Notes: generated from the sequence alone by a model not told the origin. A DNA stretch of 64,000 bases from Candidatus Spongiisociaceae bacterium (GCA_965262915.1 OZ253564.1:736001-800000); one strand, 5' to 3'. Numbered from the stretch's first letter, positions 10,048-21,867 are shown. Translations and numbers: made by a program.

Positions 10048-11098
10048 CTCGAGATACCTCCGCCCGCTGTCCTATGACGGTGGAAGGTCAGGTGACGCGA
10101 GTGCAACAGCAGTCGGTGACCCGGTCCAGCCACCTCAAACCGGCGATCGAGACACTCCAATTCCTCCCTATTGCACAAGGCTAACGGTAGGAAAACCTCC
10201 GGTATACAGGGGAAATTAGTCGGTACCACCCCCGTTGTCCATTGGGGTTGACCGAGCGATACCCGATGCAGGACATAACAACTGCGCCTACGTGCGCCGG
10301 TTGTCCCGGCGTTGCCATCGATGTTGCGCTTGCATTCTCTTTCCACCGAGCAACCTCAGATCGAACCGTTACGAGGGTGGTTCTTCAACCCCTGTCAAGC
10401 AGGTTCCGGTCCGCCGACATCTGGCCGGATGCCGAGGTGTCGGCTCGCAGCCTCGCCGGATTCCTCTTCGGGAGCACCTCGGGACCCCGGGCCGGCTACC
10501 TAGCCTATGAGGGTTTGACCCGTAGTCGAGCACGGCGAGCCGTTGCCAGGCGGCCGGTGACGGCCGGCCGGCCCACCGGGCGGAGTGCGCCGGTACCTGA
10601 GAGTTCCGAGGCCTTTCCCAGGCACGCCGACCGGTCGAGGACCGTAGGGCGCCGGAAGCGTGGTCGTTGTTCTCTACGGGCGCCGGATCCGGCCTTTCCC
10701 GGCGGGCCGATCCACGATCTCCGGCCCGAACCTCGGGATCGGATATGGAGACCAAGACGGCTGTGGCCCGCTGATGCGGCGCCGTCACGGATGTCGCTGT
10801 CAGAACTCCGGGTTCACCGGCACCCGTTCCACCTGTCCTATCCACCCACTTCCGAACCATGGAGGCGAGTTTGCGATGTGTAGGGGTTGATGTGTGTCAT
10901 ACGGGTGTGTTATAACTACATCATGGGAGCGAAAGGTGTGGAAGGCAAACGGCTCCGCTATCGCGACTTCATGTCAGGGCTGCAGGTGTGCGGTCCACGG
11001 CCCCGGAACATCGGCAGGGGCCAGGCTCTGACGGCGGGTGATGAACGGTTGTCGCAACGTGTACCGTTGGAACTGATGGTTTAGCAAGGGGAGTCACT

Positions 11099-11308
11099 GT
11101 GACCACCGTCACCGAAGCTCTGGTCGACGCCAAGAACGAAGCCCGCCAGGCAGAGACGCGAACCGAAATCGCCGACGCCCTGCTAAAGGTGCTCGAAGGG
11201 CAGCGCCAGTCGGACCGTGCCGCGTTCCGACTGTGCATGTGGATGATCACGTCGGTGTTCACCGCCGCCGCGTCGGCGGCGGGTCTCGTAATCGCAGTTC
11301 TCCGATGA
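11099..11308 (+). CDS. Small coiled-coil protein with C-terminal transmembrane helix
   Basis: GGGAG RBS before GTG. Hydrophobic tail LCMWMITSVFTAAASAAGLVIAVLR. Confidence 0.45.
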   Translation: MTTVTEALVDAKNEARQAETRTEIADALLKVLEGQRQSDRAAFRLCMWMITSVFTAAASAAGLVIAVLR

Positions 11309-11633
11309 CCCGTCGGCCTTAGCCCAAGAGCCCGCGCAGAACCCCGCGTCAATCGGCGTCCGCGACTACAACCCCTTACTAATTATCATTGCTGCAATTA
11401 CAGTTCTTGACCCCTATTCGCAATCAAGATGCTCGAATGTTTCTCTCGAATTGCCCATGTGCGCATCCCCGGCCTGAACGTACCTGGCGGCGGGGAGCTA
11501 CCCGATACAGCATCGGTCGGACGGTACCCGATGTACGCCTATACAACCGGCCTGCACTACCCTTCCCCCGATGAGGTACGGGCCGCCTTCGGTGGCCAGT
11601 GTCGGTGTCGAGGGATCGGATGAAGAGGCCGGA

Positions 11634-13742
11634 ATGGGCCGGATCATGACAGGAATCTGCAGGCGTTGGAGCGCGGTGTTGGCCATGGTGATGGTCGCTC
11701 CGTTGCTGGCCCTGGCATCGGGCCCGGCCGTGGCCGTCGACGGGAAAGCCGACAACCTGGCCTCCTACACGGCATGCGTGGCTGACGCGATCGCCTCGGC
11801 GGGCTTCGTCGACACGCTGGGGCACTTCGCCGAGGAGGCGATCGACTGCCTGGGGTACTACGGGATCACCTTGGGCACCACGCCGGAACGGTTCTCGCCC
11901 AACCAGCCGATCACCCGATGGCAGATGGCCCTGTTCCTGGTCCGGGCGGCGGTGCCGGCCGGGGTCGAGCTGCCGGAGCCTTCCGATCAGGGTTTCGAGG
12001 ATCTGGATCGCATGGCGCCCTTCATCCGGGATGCGATCAACCAGGTGGCGGCTATGGGTATCACGCGGGGGACGTCGCCCACCACCTTCTCCCCGACGTT
12101 GCGCATGGACCGCCGTTCCATGGCCTTGTTCATCTACCGCTTCCTCCGCATGGCCCCGCCGGGACCCGGCGGAGCCGACGCCAGCCTGATCATCCCCGAC
12201 GACACCGTGTTCGAGGACCTGAGCGGTCAGTCGGAGGACGCCGTGACCGCCATCCGGGTCATATACGAGATGGGGGTCACCACCGGCACCACCGCCACCA
12301 CCTTCTCGCCCAACCGGAGGGTGACCCGGGCACAGATGGCATTGTTCTTCACGAGGGCCTTGGCCCACACCAATGCCCGTCCCGTCGGGGTGACCATCCA
12401 GAGCGACGCGGACCTGGTCTCCGCCGGGGACACGCTCGATGTCCACATCTCCATACGGAACAAGTCCTTCGGTACCCGGGCCGGGGCGCTGGTCGATGTT
12501 TTCTCCACCCCTGCGGATGACCCCTACTCGTCGTTCGGCCCGGACGGGGCCTGCCTGCTGGGGGTCGAGGTGGCCTTCGGGGGCCGGGTGTGCATGATCG
12601 ACCGGTCCGACCAGCGTCTCAACGAGTCCGGCAACCTGCTCGTGATCCTCGAGCCGACCGACAACATGCTGCTGTGGGCCTGGGCGGGTTCGGTGGAAGA
12701 GGAGTTCCGGGTCAACAGCACCACGTCCGGATCTATCGATATCCAGGTCCTCAAGCCGGCCGCGGCCGTGAGGGTCCGCGACGATATGAGGCTTACGGCC
12801 ACCAGATTGAAGCTGGGCGACACGGTGGAGGTGGCGTTCCAGCTGGTGGACGACGACGGCAGGCCCGTCAGCGAGGCCGGTGTCGGGATCCAGATCGTGA
12901 CCACCTACGAGACGAACGGGGTCACCGACCGGACGAAGATCGCCACCTACCGGACCGACAGCGAGGGACTGGTGTTGGTTCCCTTCCGGGCGACGGATCC
13001 CGACAGAGCAGCGAGCAACGACTCGGTGACCCTGGACATCGACGTGGTGACGCAGGCGCTCGGGGTGGTGGACCAGACCACGCTGGGTGTGGTCGCGGAC
13101 GACGCCGACGACCGGGACGACGATGTGTTCACCTGGTCCGAGGAAGCCGCGGTGGCCTCCACGCTCAGGGTGAGGCAGTCGGTCGCCTATCACGAGATAC
13201 CCGAGTCGGGTCCCGGTCCGGTCCAGTTGGTGCGGGCCATCCTCACCGACCAGTACGGCGATCAGGTGACCGACGCCCGGATTGACTTCTCGTCGGACGA
13301 CCTGCTCGGCTTGGGAACGGGTCCGGTGAGCAAGAACACCGACAGTTCCGGTGTGGCTGCGTTGCGCTACCGGCGGGACGTCTCGACACCCTCGTCCGAG
13401 CTCATCTCCGCCGAGACCTCCGACGGCAACGTGGACGCCCGGCCCATCTACCACTACTGGGCGGAACCCCAGCCCGACAGGAGCTCGGCCCTGGGGATCC
13501 CTGTCCTGTTGGGCGATGTGCGCAACAACGTGATCCTGTACGACGCCTTCTCGCCCAAGCTGCTCCGCTACGACGCCAACGACCGCTTCGCCATCCGAGA
13601 CATAGTCGTCACCATGTCCGCCTTCGAGGAAGCCTTGGCCTCCGGCGACTACAAGCGCCTCAGCTACAGCCGCTACTCCACCGAGCCCGGGAAGACCAGC
13701 TCCTTCGAGTTGACCAATACCAGGATCTTCGACGAGGCGTGA
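11634..13742 (+). CDS. SLH-domain surface protein (three N-terminal SLH repeats, Ig-like regions)
   Basis: Signal peptide. FSPNQPITRWQMALFL, FSPTLRMDRRSMALF, FSPNRRVTRAQMALF. Start codon is uncertain. Confidence 0.9.
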   Translation: MGRIMTGICRRWSAVLAMVMVAPLLALASGPAVAVDGKADNLASYTACVADAIASAGFVDTLGHFAEEAIDCLGYYGITLGTTPERFSPNQPITRWQMALFLVRAAVPAGVELPEPSDQGFEDLDRMAPFIRDAINQVAAMGITRGTSPTTFSPTLRMDRRSMALFIYRFLRMAPPGPGGADASLIIPDDTVFEDLSGQSEDAVTAIRVIYEMGVTTGTTATTFSPNRRVTRAQMALFFTRALAHTNARPVGVTIQSDADLVSAGDTLDVHISIRNKSFGTRAGALVDVFSTPADDPYSSFGPDGACLLGVEVAFGGRVCMIDRSDQRLNESGNLLVILEPTDNMLLWAWAGSVEEEFRVNSTTSGSIDIQVLKPAAAVRVRDDMRLTATRLKLGDTVEVAFQLVDDDGRPVSEAGVGIQIVTTYETNGVTDRTKIATYRTDSEGLVLVPFRATDPDRAASNDSVTLDIDVVTQALGVVDQTTLGVVADDADDRDDDVFTWSEEAAVASTLRVRQSVAYHEIPESGPGPVQLVRAILTDQYGDQVTDARIDFSSDDLLGLGTGPVSKNTDSSGVAALRYRRDVSTPSSELISAETSDGNVDARPIYHYWAEPQPDRSSALGIPVLLGDVRNNVILYDAFSPKLLRYDANDRFAIRDIVVTMSAFEEALASGDYKRLSYSRYSTEPGKTSSFELTNTRIFDEA

Positions 13743-13746
13743 TCGT

Positions 13747-13786
13747 GTCAGGTGTCAGGTGTCAGGAGTCAGGTGTCAGGTGCTAG
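13747..13786. repeat. Heptamer TCAGGTG array directly after a stop codon
   Basis: gtcaggtgtcaggtgtcaggagtcaggtgtcaggtgctag. Confidence 0.9.
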
Positions 13787-13851
13787 TGAAGGGTATAGAA
13801 CTCTAACAACTGTTAGTCTCCATTATTGACACTGACCACTGACCACGGATG

Positions 13852-14958
13852 TCACTCCAGCTTGTCGAGCAGCCTTTCGAGCCGGCTCACGCTGAAACCG
13901 GACGGGCTATTGCCTACCCGGTTGCCGTCCTTGTCGAGCAGCCAGACCTGGGAGTTACGGGATCCATAGTGCTCATGGACGGTGTCGGACTCGTCCCACA
14001 GATTGGTGAACGTCAGACCCTTGGAGTTCACGAAACTCTCTGCGGCACTGAGGGAGTTGTAATCCTTGGGGTTGATGCCTATCACGGTGACTCTGTGAGC
14101 GTTGTCTCGAGCAAACTGCTCGACTTCCGGGGCTTCTCCCCGGCAGTACGGTCACCAGGAAGCCCAGAACCAGAACAGCACCGCCTTGTCGCGCGTGAAG
14201 AGGGACCGGAGGTTCACGGTCTCGCCGCTGGAGATGTCGGTGAGGTCGACATCGGGAACGTCGGCGCTGAGTTCGGTCATCGCGGGTTCGGTCATCTGCT
14301 CCTTCTGTTTGAGCAGTGCCCGGTGGAGGAAGGTGGCCATCTGGGCTCGGGTGACGGAGTCGTCGGGGCAGTAGCTCAGGGGGTCGGTCTTGCATCCGGT
14401 CGTGATACCCGCCGCGGCAAGGGCGTCGATGTTGGCTTCGTGGGTGTTGCCTGCGGTGTCGGTGAACCCGGCCGGGGAGGCGCTTTCGAGGTCGAAGGCG
14501 TGGACGAAGAAGGTGGCCATCTGGGCTCGGGTGACGGAGTCGTCGGGGCAGTAGCGGAGGGGGCCGGTCTTGCATCCGGCGGTTATGTCGCGGTCGGCGA
14601 GTTCCTCCGCGTAGGGGGACCACCAGTCGGAGGCGTCCACATCGGCGAACCGGGAGGTGGTGGAGGTGGTGACCTCGCCGCCGAGGACCCGGATGAGCCA
14701 CACCGCCATCACCCAGCGGTCGATCGGATCGTCGGGGCAGAAGAGGCCGTCCCCGCATTCGGTGTCGTCGAACACGCCCATCTCGGCGAGGGCTTTGATA
14801 GCCGGCTCGTGGGTGCCGCCCGAACTCACATCGGAGAACCCGTCGGCGCCGGCGGCCGGTAGCGAGGTGAGCATCGAAGCCAGCAACGCCGCGATGACCA
14901 GTGCCGATAGGGCGCCCCGGCGGCACCGGAGGGATGCGGTGCGCTCATATGCCGTCAT
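13852..14958 (-). CDS. SLH-anchored TlpA/ResA-like redoxin, probable selenoprotein (FWASW-U-PYC)
   Basis: TGA at 14152-14154 occupies the first Cys position of CxxC. The frame continues as PYCRGEAPEVEQFARDN..LLDKDG..LLDKLE* to 13852. Confidence 0.88.
14107..14143 (-). promoter_or_regulatory. Candidate SECIS hairpins
   Basis: CCGGGG-AGAAG-CCCCGG, then TCGAGCA-GTT-TGCTCGA, immediately 3' of the UGA. Confidence 0.6.
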
Positions 14959-15126
14959 GATGCTTCTCCCATTCGGGCCAGGCCTTCATGTTAGTTCTCC
15001 GGATGGCCCTGCTGTCGGGTATCGCCCACGGTCCTCACTCCCGGAGGAGAAATGGGCTAGCCGTGTGGACGATGGCGGAGGGTTTCGGACCGGTTCCAGG
15101 CGACCCTCCACATGGGCAGTTGGTCG

Positions 15127-16251
15127 TCACGAGGCGGATGCCTCCAACGCCGCCAGCAACCTCTCGATCAGGCCTGCGTCGAAGAAGGGAGGACCGCTCA
15201 CCGGGTTGCCTTGCGCGTCGAGGATGCGGTACGTCACCCGGTCGCCTTGCTCGTTGAGCAGCCGGAACTCGGACCAGTACCTGATTCCGTAGTGGTTTAT
15301 TAGCCCAGGGGGACGGTCCCGCAGGATGGGGAAGGTTAGCCCGTGGGTGGTCGCGAAGTCGCCGACCTCTTCGAAAGTGCCCAGGTAGTTGACTGCTATG
15401 ACCCTGACCCTGTCTGAGTTGTCACGAGCGAACTGCTCGACGGCCGGCGCATGCGCCTGGCACTTCGGTCAGAAAGGTGATAGGAACCACAGGAGGAGAG
15501 GCTTGTCGCCGGTTACGAACGAGCGGAAGTTCACGGTCTCGCCGGTGGAGATGTCGACCAGGTCTACGTCGGGGACGTCGTCGGAGATGGTGACCGGTTC
15601 GGGTTCGCCCATCTGTTCCTTCTGTGCGAGCAGGGCCCGGTGGAGGAAGGTGGCCATCTGGGCGCGGGTGACGGGCTGGTCGGGGCAGTAGCGGAGCGGA
15701 TCGGTCTCGCATCCCGCCGTGATGCCGGCTTCGGCCAAGGCGTCGATGTTGGCCCCATGCGTGTTGCCCTCGGTGTCGGTGAACCCGGCCGGGGAGGCGC
15801 TTTCGAGGTCGAAGGCGTGGACGAAGAAGGTGGCCATCTGGGCTCGGGTGACCGAGTCGTCGGGGCAGTAGCGGAGCGGGTCGGTCTCGCACCCGGTGGT
15901 GATGTCGCGGTCGGCGAGTTCCTCCGCGTAGGGCGACCACCATTCGGAGGCGTCCACGTCGGCGAAGCGAGACGTACCGGTGGTGGTGGGCTCGTCGCCC
16001 AGGACCCGGATGAGCCATACGGCCATCACCCACCGGTCGATGGGATCGTCGGGGCAGAAGAGGCCGTCCCCGCATTCGGTGTCCGCGAATACGCCCCGGT
16101 CGGCGAGGTCGTTGATGGCCGGCTCGTGTACTCCACCGGAACCGACGTCGGAGAAACCCTCCGCGCCGGCGGCCGGGAGTGGGGTGGCAGCAGCCGCGGC
16201 CAGCGTCGCCGCGACCAGCGCAGCCCGCCAGCGTCTGCGGCGCAGGGTCAC
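15127..16251 (-). CDS. SLH-anchored TlpA-like redoxin, probable selenoprotein (FLSPF-U-PKC)
   Basis: In-frame TGA at 15469-15471. Continues PKCQAHAPAVEQFARDNSDRVRVIAVN..LEASAS* to 15127. Confidence 0.85.
15421..15460 (-). promoter_or_regulatory. Candidate SECIS hairpin
   Basis: CGAGC-AGTTC-GCTCG at the same distance from the UGA as in the two paralogs. Confidence 0.55.
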
Positions 16252-16318
16252 GCCCTATCCGCTGGAGAAGGCGGCACTGGGGTTTCCACGGCGGTGCTCC
16301 TCCCTAGGGGACCGGATG

Positions 16319-17374
16319 TCACAGTAGCTCGTCCAGGAGGCGTTCGACCAGGGTCTTGTGGAAAGGCGCGGTGCGGTCCGTCAGCCGGTTGCCGAACGGA
16401 TCCAGTAGCAGGAAGTCCGATGTGCTCTCCATGTTGTAGTGGTCCCACGCCTCGCGGGACTCGCTCCAGAGCGCGGTGAAGGTGACGCCCTTGGAGGCCA
16501 CGAATTCCTGGGCGATTTCCAGCGTGCCGATGCCCCCGACGCCGACGACGGTCAGTCGGTGGGAGTTGTCTCGAGCGAACTGCTCGATGGCCGGGGCCTC
16601 TTCCCGGCACGTCTCTCAGAAGGGGGACCAGAACCAGAACAGGAGCGGTTTCTCCCCCTTCACCACCGACCGCAGGCTGACCAATGCACCCGTAGCCGCG
16701 TCGAACATGTCGACGTTGGGAACATCGTCGGAGATCTCCAAGGCGATGGGCGCCTCGGTCGTGGTCGGAGCGGCTGTGGTGGTCGTGGCCGGGGCTTCGG
16801 TGGTGGTGGTCGGTGCCTCGGTGGTTTCGGTGGTCGTGGGTACGGTTTCGGCTGCCGCCGGGTCCTCGGCCGGGGTGGTGTCCGCGACCGTGATCTCGGT
16901 CGTAGCCGGGGTGGTTTCGGTGACCGCCGCGCTGGTCACGGTGGTCGCCTGGGTGGTGCCAGATGCGGTGGAGGCGGTAGCGGTCTCTGCTGTCTCCTCC
17001 CCGGCGGTGGTTGTGGTGGTGTCCGCGACCGCGTTCGTAGTGGTCTGTCCGGATGCCTTCTCCGACGGGGGAGTGGTCTCCTCGACGCTGGGCCGGGTGG
17101 TCGGTACGGTTGACGTGGCGACCGTCTCCGTCGCGACGGCTGCCGGCGGCGAGGCGGTGGTTGCTGAGGCGGTGGTTTCCGGAAGTTCTACGCCTACCGA
17201 GCTATCCCCGCTGCCGCACCCCGCGATCAGCAGGGCCGTCGACACCACAGCGATGACCGATCCGGCCGATCGACGGTCGAGTCGTCGGGTGTGTGACTGA
17301 CGTACTTCGTTCGACCCCAAGACCCGGGCCATTGGGCCTGGCGCGCTGTTACGTTCGCGACCCTTTCGTCCCAT
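16319..17374 (-). CDS. Lipoprotein with Thr/Ala-rich stalk and C-terminal TlpA-like redoxin, probable selenoprotein (FWSPF-U-ETC)
   Basis: Lipobox LLIAGC. TGA at 16616-16618 continues as ETCREEAPAIEQFARDN..LLDELL* to 16319. Start codon is uncertain. Confidence 0.85.
16571..16607 (-). promoter_or_regulatory. Candidate SECIS hairpins
   Basis: CCGGG-AAGAGGC-CCCGG, then TCGAGC-AGTTC-GCTCGA. Confidence 0.6.
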
Positions 17375-17729
17375 GGCACAACGGCGCGGGCCATTGCGAA
17401 CCTGACGGGCACCGCTTGCCACCCACCTTCTTGCTGTCACCGTCTAAGCATAAAGGCTGTCGAGAGTTCGGGATCGGCTGTTGAGTCCGCTGTTCACGAG
17501 GCACCGACAATCGGGAGCGACGCGTCGTTACTTACTGCGGTTCAATCGCCATCACATCAACACCTCGAGCAAGTATCACGCCCCTGTTAGGCGAGACCGC
17601 GGCCGGTCGCCAACTGGGAGGCGCACCTCGTGAGAGCCGGCCCGGAGGGTGGCAGGCGACTCACGAGCCAGCCCAACCAATGCCCTACCGGACGCTTAGG
17701 ACCTCCAAGCCACAGCGAGCAGTCTCCAC

Positions 17730-20700
17730 CTAGAGGTTGGCGGCTGAGTCACCCACAGTTGACGTTCCGGGGTCAGATCCACCTGCGTCTTGGGTTATCG
17801 TGATCGTGGTGTGGGGTGTGGTGGATACCACGGTGATGGTGTAGCCACGGATGGTGACACTTTCTCCATCGGTCAGGATTGGGAACCCTTTGATGTGTCC
17901 GGTACCTGGATCACCAGCCACCTTCACGGGGAGTTCGCCTGTGGCGATGGCGGCGTCCACCGTGTAGATGAGTACACCTTCTGCGGGTAGTGCAGGGAGG
18001 AGAGTCTCGTTTCCCTCAGGGGTTCGGTATTCTGTACCTGTGTCATAACCCAGGTTACGTCTGTTTTCGATGACAATCACTTCAGTGTCAGACAAGGGAA
18101 CAGCCACCATGCCTATCCCTGCCCCGGGGTCAGCGACGGGACTCAGGGTGACGGTCACCTCAGATTCGGTCACACAGAGAATCTGGGCGGTGTCGAGCCA
18201 GCCCAGCTGCCAGCGGCTCCATGCCAGCATTTCAAGAGCCTCCAGCGAGTTTGCGTAGCCGGTGGATCGCGATCCGTCCGGATGTTGTCATACATGAGCA
18301 ACTCGGGGGTCACCTTGGGAAGATACCGGGAAGTTGACCCGCATGCCCATGAGACCGAATCTGGCGTGAGCCCAGGTCCGGCCACGGGGTGTGTACTCCG
18401 CTCGGTGGCGGCGTAAGTCGTAGGGCCCGAGGTCCAGTAGCCCGAGATTGTGGACCAGTTCGTGGGCGCCTACCCGTCCTTGGTGGTACGTCGGACCTGA
18501 TGGGAATGCGTTCATGCGGAGAGTTGAGACAGTGCCTTCATCGGTCTGGACTGATCCAAGAGCGTTGCCTCCACTGAAGTGGGCGCTGGGCATGAGAACT
18601 ATCAGGGCGTCGATGCCCGTGAAGTCGAAGTCGGGATCCGCCAACCGTACAGCTTCCCTATCTACCTCATGTCTCAGTTCAGGGATTCCATAAGGGCTGG
18701 TGTAGATGTGGTCCCGGTAGTTGAACTCTGCCCTTAGCCACCGGTCCAGAGACACGAACTCCAAGTCGAGCTTGCCGTAGCTGGAGGTCTCCAGATACTT
18801 CTCCATGTAGCGAAGCACCGATTCTGCCTCATGTGCCACCGATGTGGTTGCTTGAGCGTCTGGGAAGTCCACGAAGAGCACCGCTACCCGTACAGTCCCG
18901 GTTGAGGGCACCGCCCGGCCGGGCAGGGGGAACCCGGCTGTCGTACCCTCCACGCCCTTCGGACGGCACATCCGGGGGTCCGGACCCTGGGTCCATGGAG
19001 CTTGTTGCACGGCAGCCGGAAACGAGACAACCGGGTCTCGACCCCAGCAGGTGACGGTTCCGTTGGTGCGGATTCCACACGAGTGGGCTCCTTCGGCGGT
19101 AACTGCTGTGAACTCCCCTTGGGGGGCGTCGGTCTGACTATCGGAGTTTCCTCCCCAGCAGACGACTGTCCAGTCGTTGCGGACTCCACACGAATGCTCA
19201 AACCCGGCAGCAACCGAGCTGAACTGCCCCTCGGGAGCGTCCGCCTGATTCTCCCAGTTGCCACCCCAGCAGGCAACCGTCCCATCGGTGCGGACTCCAC
19301 ACGAATGCCCGTATCCCGCGGACACCGTGCTGAACTGCCCCTCGGGAGCGTCTGCCCGACCGGCCCAGTTCGAACCCCAGCAGGTGACCGTCCCATCGGT
19401 GCGGACTCCACACGAATGCCCGTATCCGGCAGCAACCGTGCTGAATTGCCCCTCGGGAGCGTCCGCCCGACCGGCCCAGTTCGAACCCCAGCAGGCAACC
19501 GTCCCATCGGTGCGGACTCCACACGAATGCCCGTATCCGGCAGCAACCGTGCTGAATTGCCCCTCGGGAGCGTCCGCCCGGCCCCACCAGTTCTCTCCCC
19601 AGCAGGCAGCCGTCCCATCGGTGCGGACCCCACACGAATGAGCGAACCCGACGGTCAAACCTAGAAACGTTCCGTCTGGTGGGTCGACACGCCCCCCTCC
19701 TCCATAACCCCAGCAGGCAACGGTCCCATCGGCACGGACTCCACACGAATGCCCACCCCCCGTCGAAACAGCGCTGAACTTTCCTTGCGGAGCCTCCGGT
19801 CGACCATCGGTGTTCTCTCCCCAGCAGGCCACCGTCCCATCGCTGCGAACCCCACACGAATGGAACTCTCCCGCCGATACGGCACTGAACTTTCCTTCGG
19901 GTGGGTCAGATCGACCATCGGTGTTCTCTCCCCAGCAGGCCACCGTCCCATCGCTGCGAACCGCACATGAATGGGTTTCCCCCGCCGATACAGCGCTGAA
20001 CTTCCCCCAGGGAGCGTCTGCCCGGCCCCACCAGTTCTCTCCCCAGCAGGCCACCGTCCCATCGCTGCGAACTCCACACGAATACCCACTCCCGGCGGAC
20101 ACCGCTGCGAACTTGCCCTCGGGAGCGTCAACCCGACCGTCCGAGTTCGCACCCCAGCAGACAACCGTCCAATCGGTACGGATCCCACACGAATGAGCGT
20201 CCCCCGCCGATACAGCGCTGAACCTCCCCTCGGGGGCGTCCACCTGATCCCCCCAGTTCGCACCCCAGCAGACAACCGTCCCCTCAGTACGGATCCCACA
20301 CGAATACCCATACCCGGCGGACACCGCGCTGAACTCCCCCTCCGGAGCGTCAGCCTGATCCCCCCAGTTCGTACCCCAGCAGACAACCGTCCAATCGGTA
20401 CGGATCCCACACGAATGCCCATTCCCGGCGGACACCGCTCTGAACTCTCCCTGCGGCGCGGCAGCCTGACCGTCCCAGTTCCCACCCCAGCAGACAACCG
20501 TCCAATCAGTACGGATCCCACACGAAAAACCATTGCCACTGGAAACCGTTGCGAACCCCCCATCCTGGGGTGGTTGGTCAGGCCGAACCGAACCGAACCG
20601 CAGAGCACGGCTCAAGAACGTTGCCATCTGACCACGAGTGGTTTCCCGCCGGGGACAGTACCGAGCCGGGCTAGTCGAACACCCCGCCGTCACACCCACA

Positions 20701-21253
20701 GCCGCCAGGACATCGATATTCGACGCGTGAACATTGTCTTCGATATCCACGAACCCACTCGACGAACCCTCACCAAGACCGAAAGCACGAACCAGAAACG
20801 ACGCCATCTGATCCCGCGTGACAGTCTCCGATGGACAGAACCGCAACGGCCCGGTAGCGCAACCCGCAGTAATACCCAACTCAGCAAGACGCTCCACATG
20901 AGGCACCCACCACTCGCCCGCATCCACATCCGCAAACCGTGACACCCCCACCTCATCCGGGTCGCCCCCATCGATCACCCGAACCAGCCACACCGCCATA
21001 ACCCACCGCCGGACCGGGTCAGTCGGACAGAACACCCCCGGGCGGCACTCCGTCCCCGCCAGAACACCCTCAGCCGCCAAAGCCTCCACAGAACCCCGAT
21101 GAGGCCCAGCCTCATCAATATCCGAAAACCCCGACCAGAAGCAGCCGCAGCAGGCACAGAAACCCCCACCCCCAACACAACCCCAACAACAGCCGCCACA
21201 ACCCCCGACACCACCCACCGACTTCCAGCAACAAAACGAGCCCACACCATCAC
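17730..21253 (-). pseudogene. SLH + RCC1-repeat + M6-like metallopeptidase surface protein, disrupted
   Basis: Signal peptide lies in a different frame (frameshift ~21135). About 14 RCC1-like repeats. VAVLFVDFPDA and HELVHNLGL zinc motif. In-frame TGA at 18288-18290 precedes EMLAWSRWQLGW. Confidence 0.8.
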
Positions 21254-21867
21254 CGCGTAAACCGTACCGAAGATCGTGAGCAGCGTCCATGAGTCGCCCC
21301 CGTGCCTCCCTCGGAGATGAACCGAATCGCGTTCGTCGGAGAGTGTGATGGTGCCCGGGTTTGTTACCGCACCGGGTCTACCGGAGTGAAGTTCCCCCGG
21401 TGGCCGGACACTCCCGCAAAGTGGTGTCGGTTCTTGTTGGTGTATGGGGGGCCTTGAGTGGCTCTTCGGAAGTGAGCTGCGTCTATGACGAGCGTATGTT
21501 CTTCAGTCAGTTGTTGGGTGAGCCAGTGTTGATATCGAGTAGCGAGATGGTGGGCGTCGTGGAGGCCTCGTTTATCGACAAGACAGCCAACCACACCTTG
21601 CGGCGGGACGATGAAGCAAGAAGGAGTCGGGCCTGGTACGAGGTCATTGCGGTGCCTCCCACATGCCGCTCAGGGATCTCTCGGGTCCCTACCAGTGGCC
21701 TGGATCATGGGGAGCAGGAACCAGCCACATGGTCCGGGGCAGCCGCGTTCGGTGGGGTGTCAGTGGGTCCGGCGCCGCAGAGCATCGCCGCGTACGCCAT
21801 CCGGACCAGCGGGAGGTGGCGGATTGCTGCTCCGCGACCTACCGGGACAGGTATAGGGTGCTTCATC

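Noticed and set aside
14190-16130. Near-identical stretches in the two SLH-redoxin genes as a mobile repeat
   Set aside because: Explained by recent paralog duplication or conversion of the SLH-coding region.
18288-18290. In-frame TGA in the M6-like peptidase gene as a fourth selenocysteine
   Set aside because: There is no redox motif or matching hairpin, and the gene has another frameshift. A nonsense mutation (for example TGG to TGA) is more likely.
19050-20560. Regular ~111-nt repeats (also 4080-4850 and 35510-36340) as CRISPR arrays or DGR repeats
   Set aside because: They are in-frame RCC1 and PD40 protein repeats. No cas or reverse transcriptase gene is present.
21361-21867. 169-aa N-terminal extension of Nnr
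   Set aside because: Family similarity starts at ATG 21868. The upstream part is chance open frame containing IS-like sequence.
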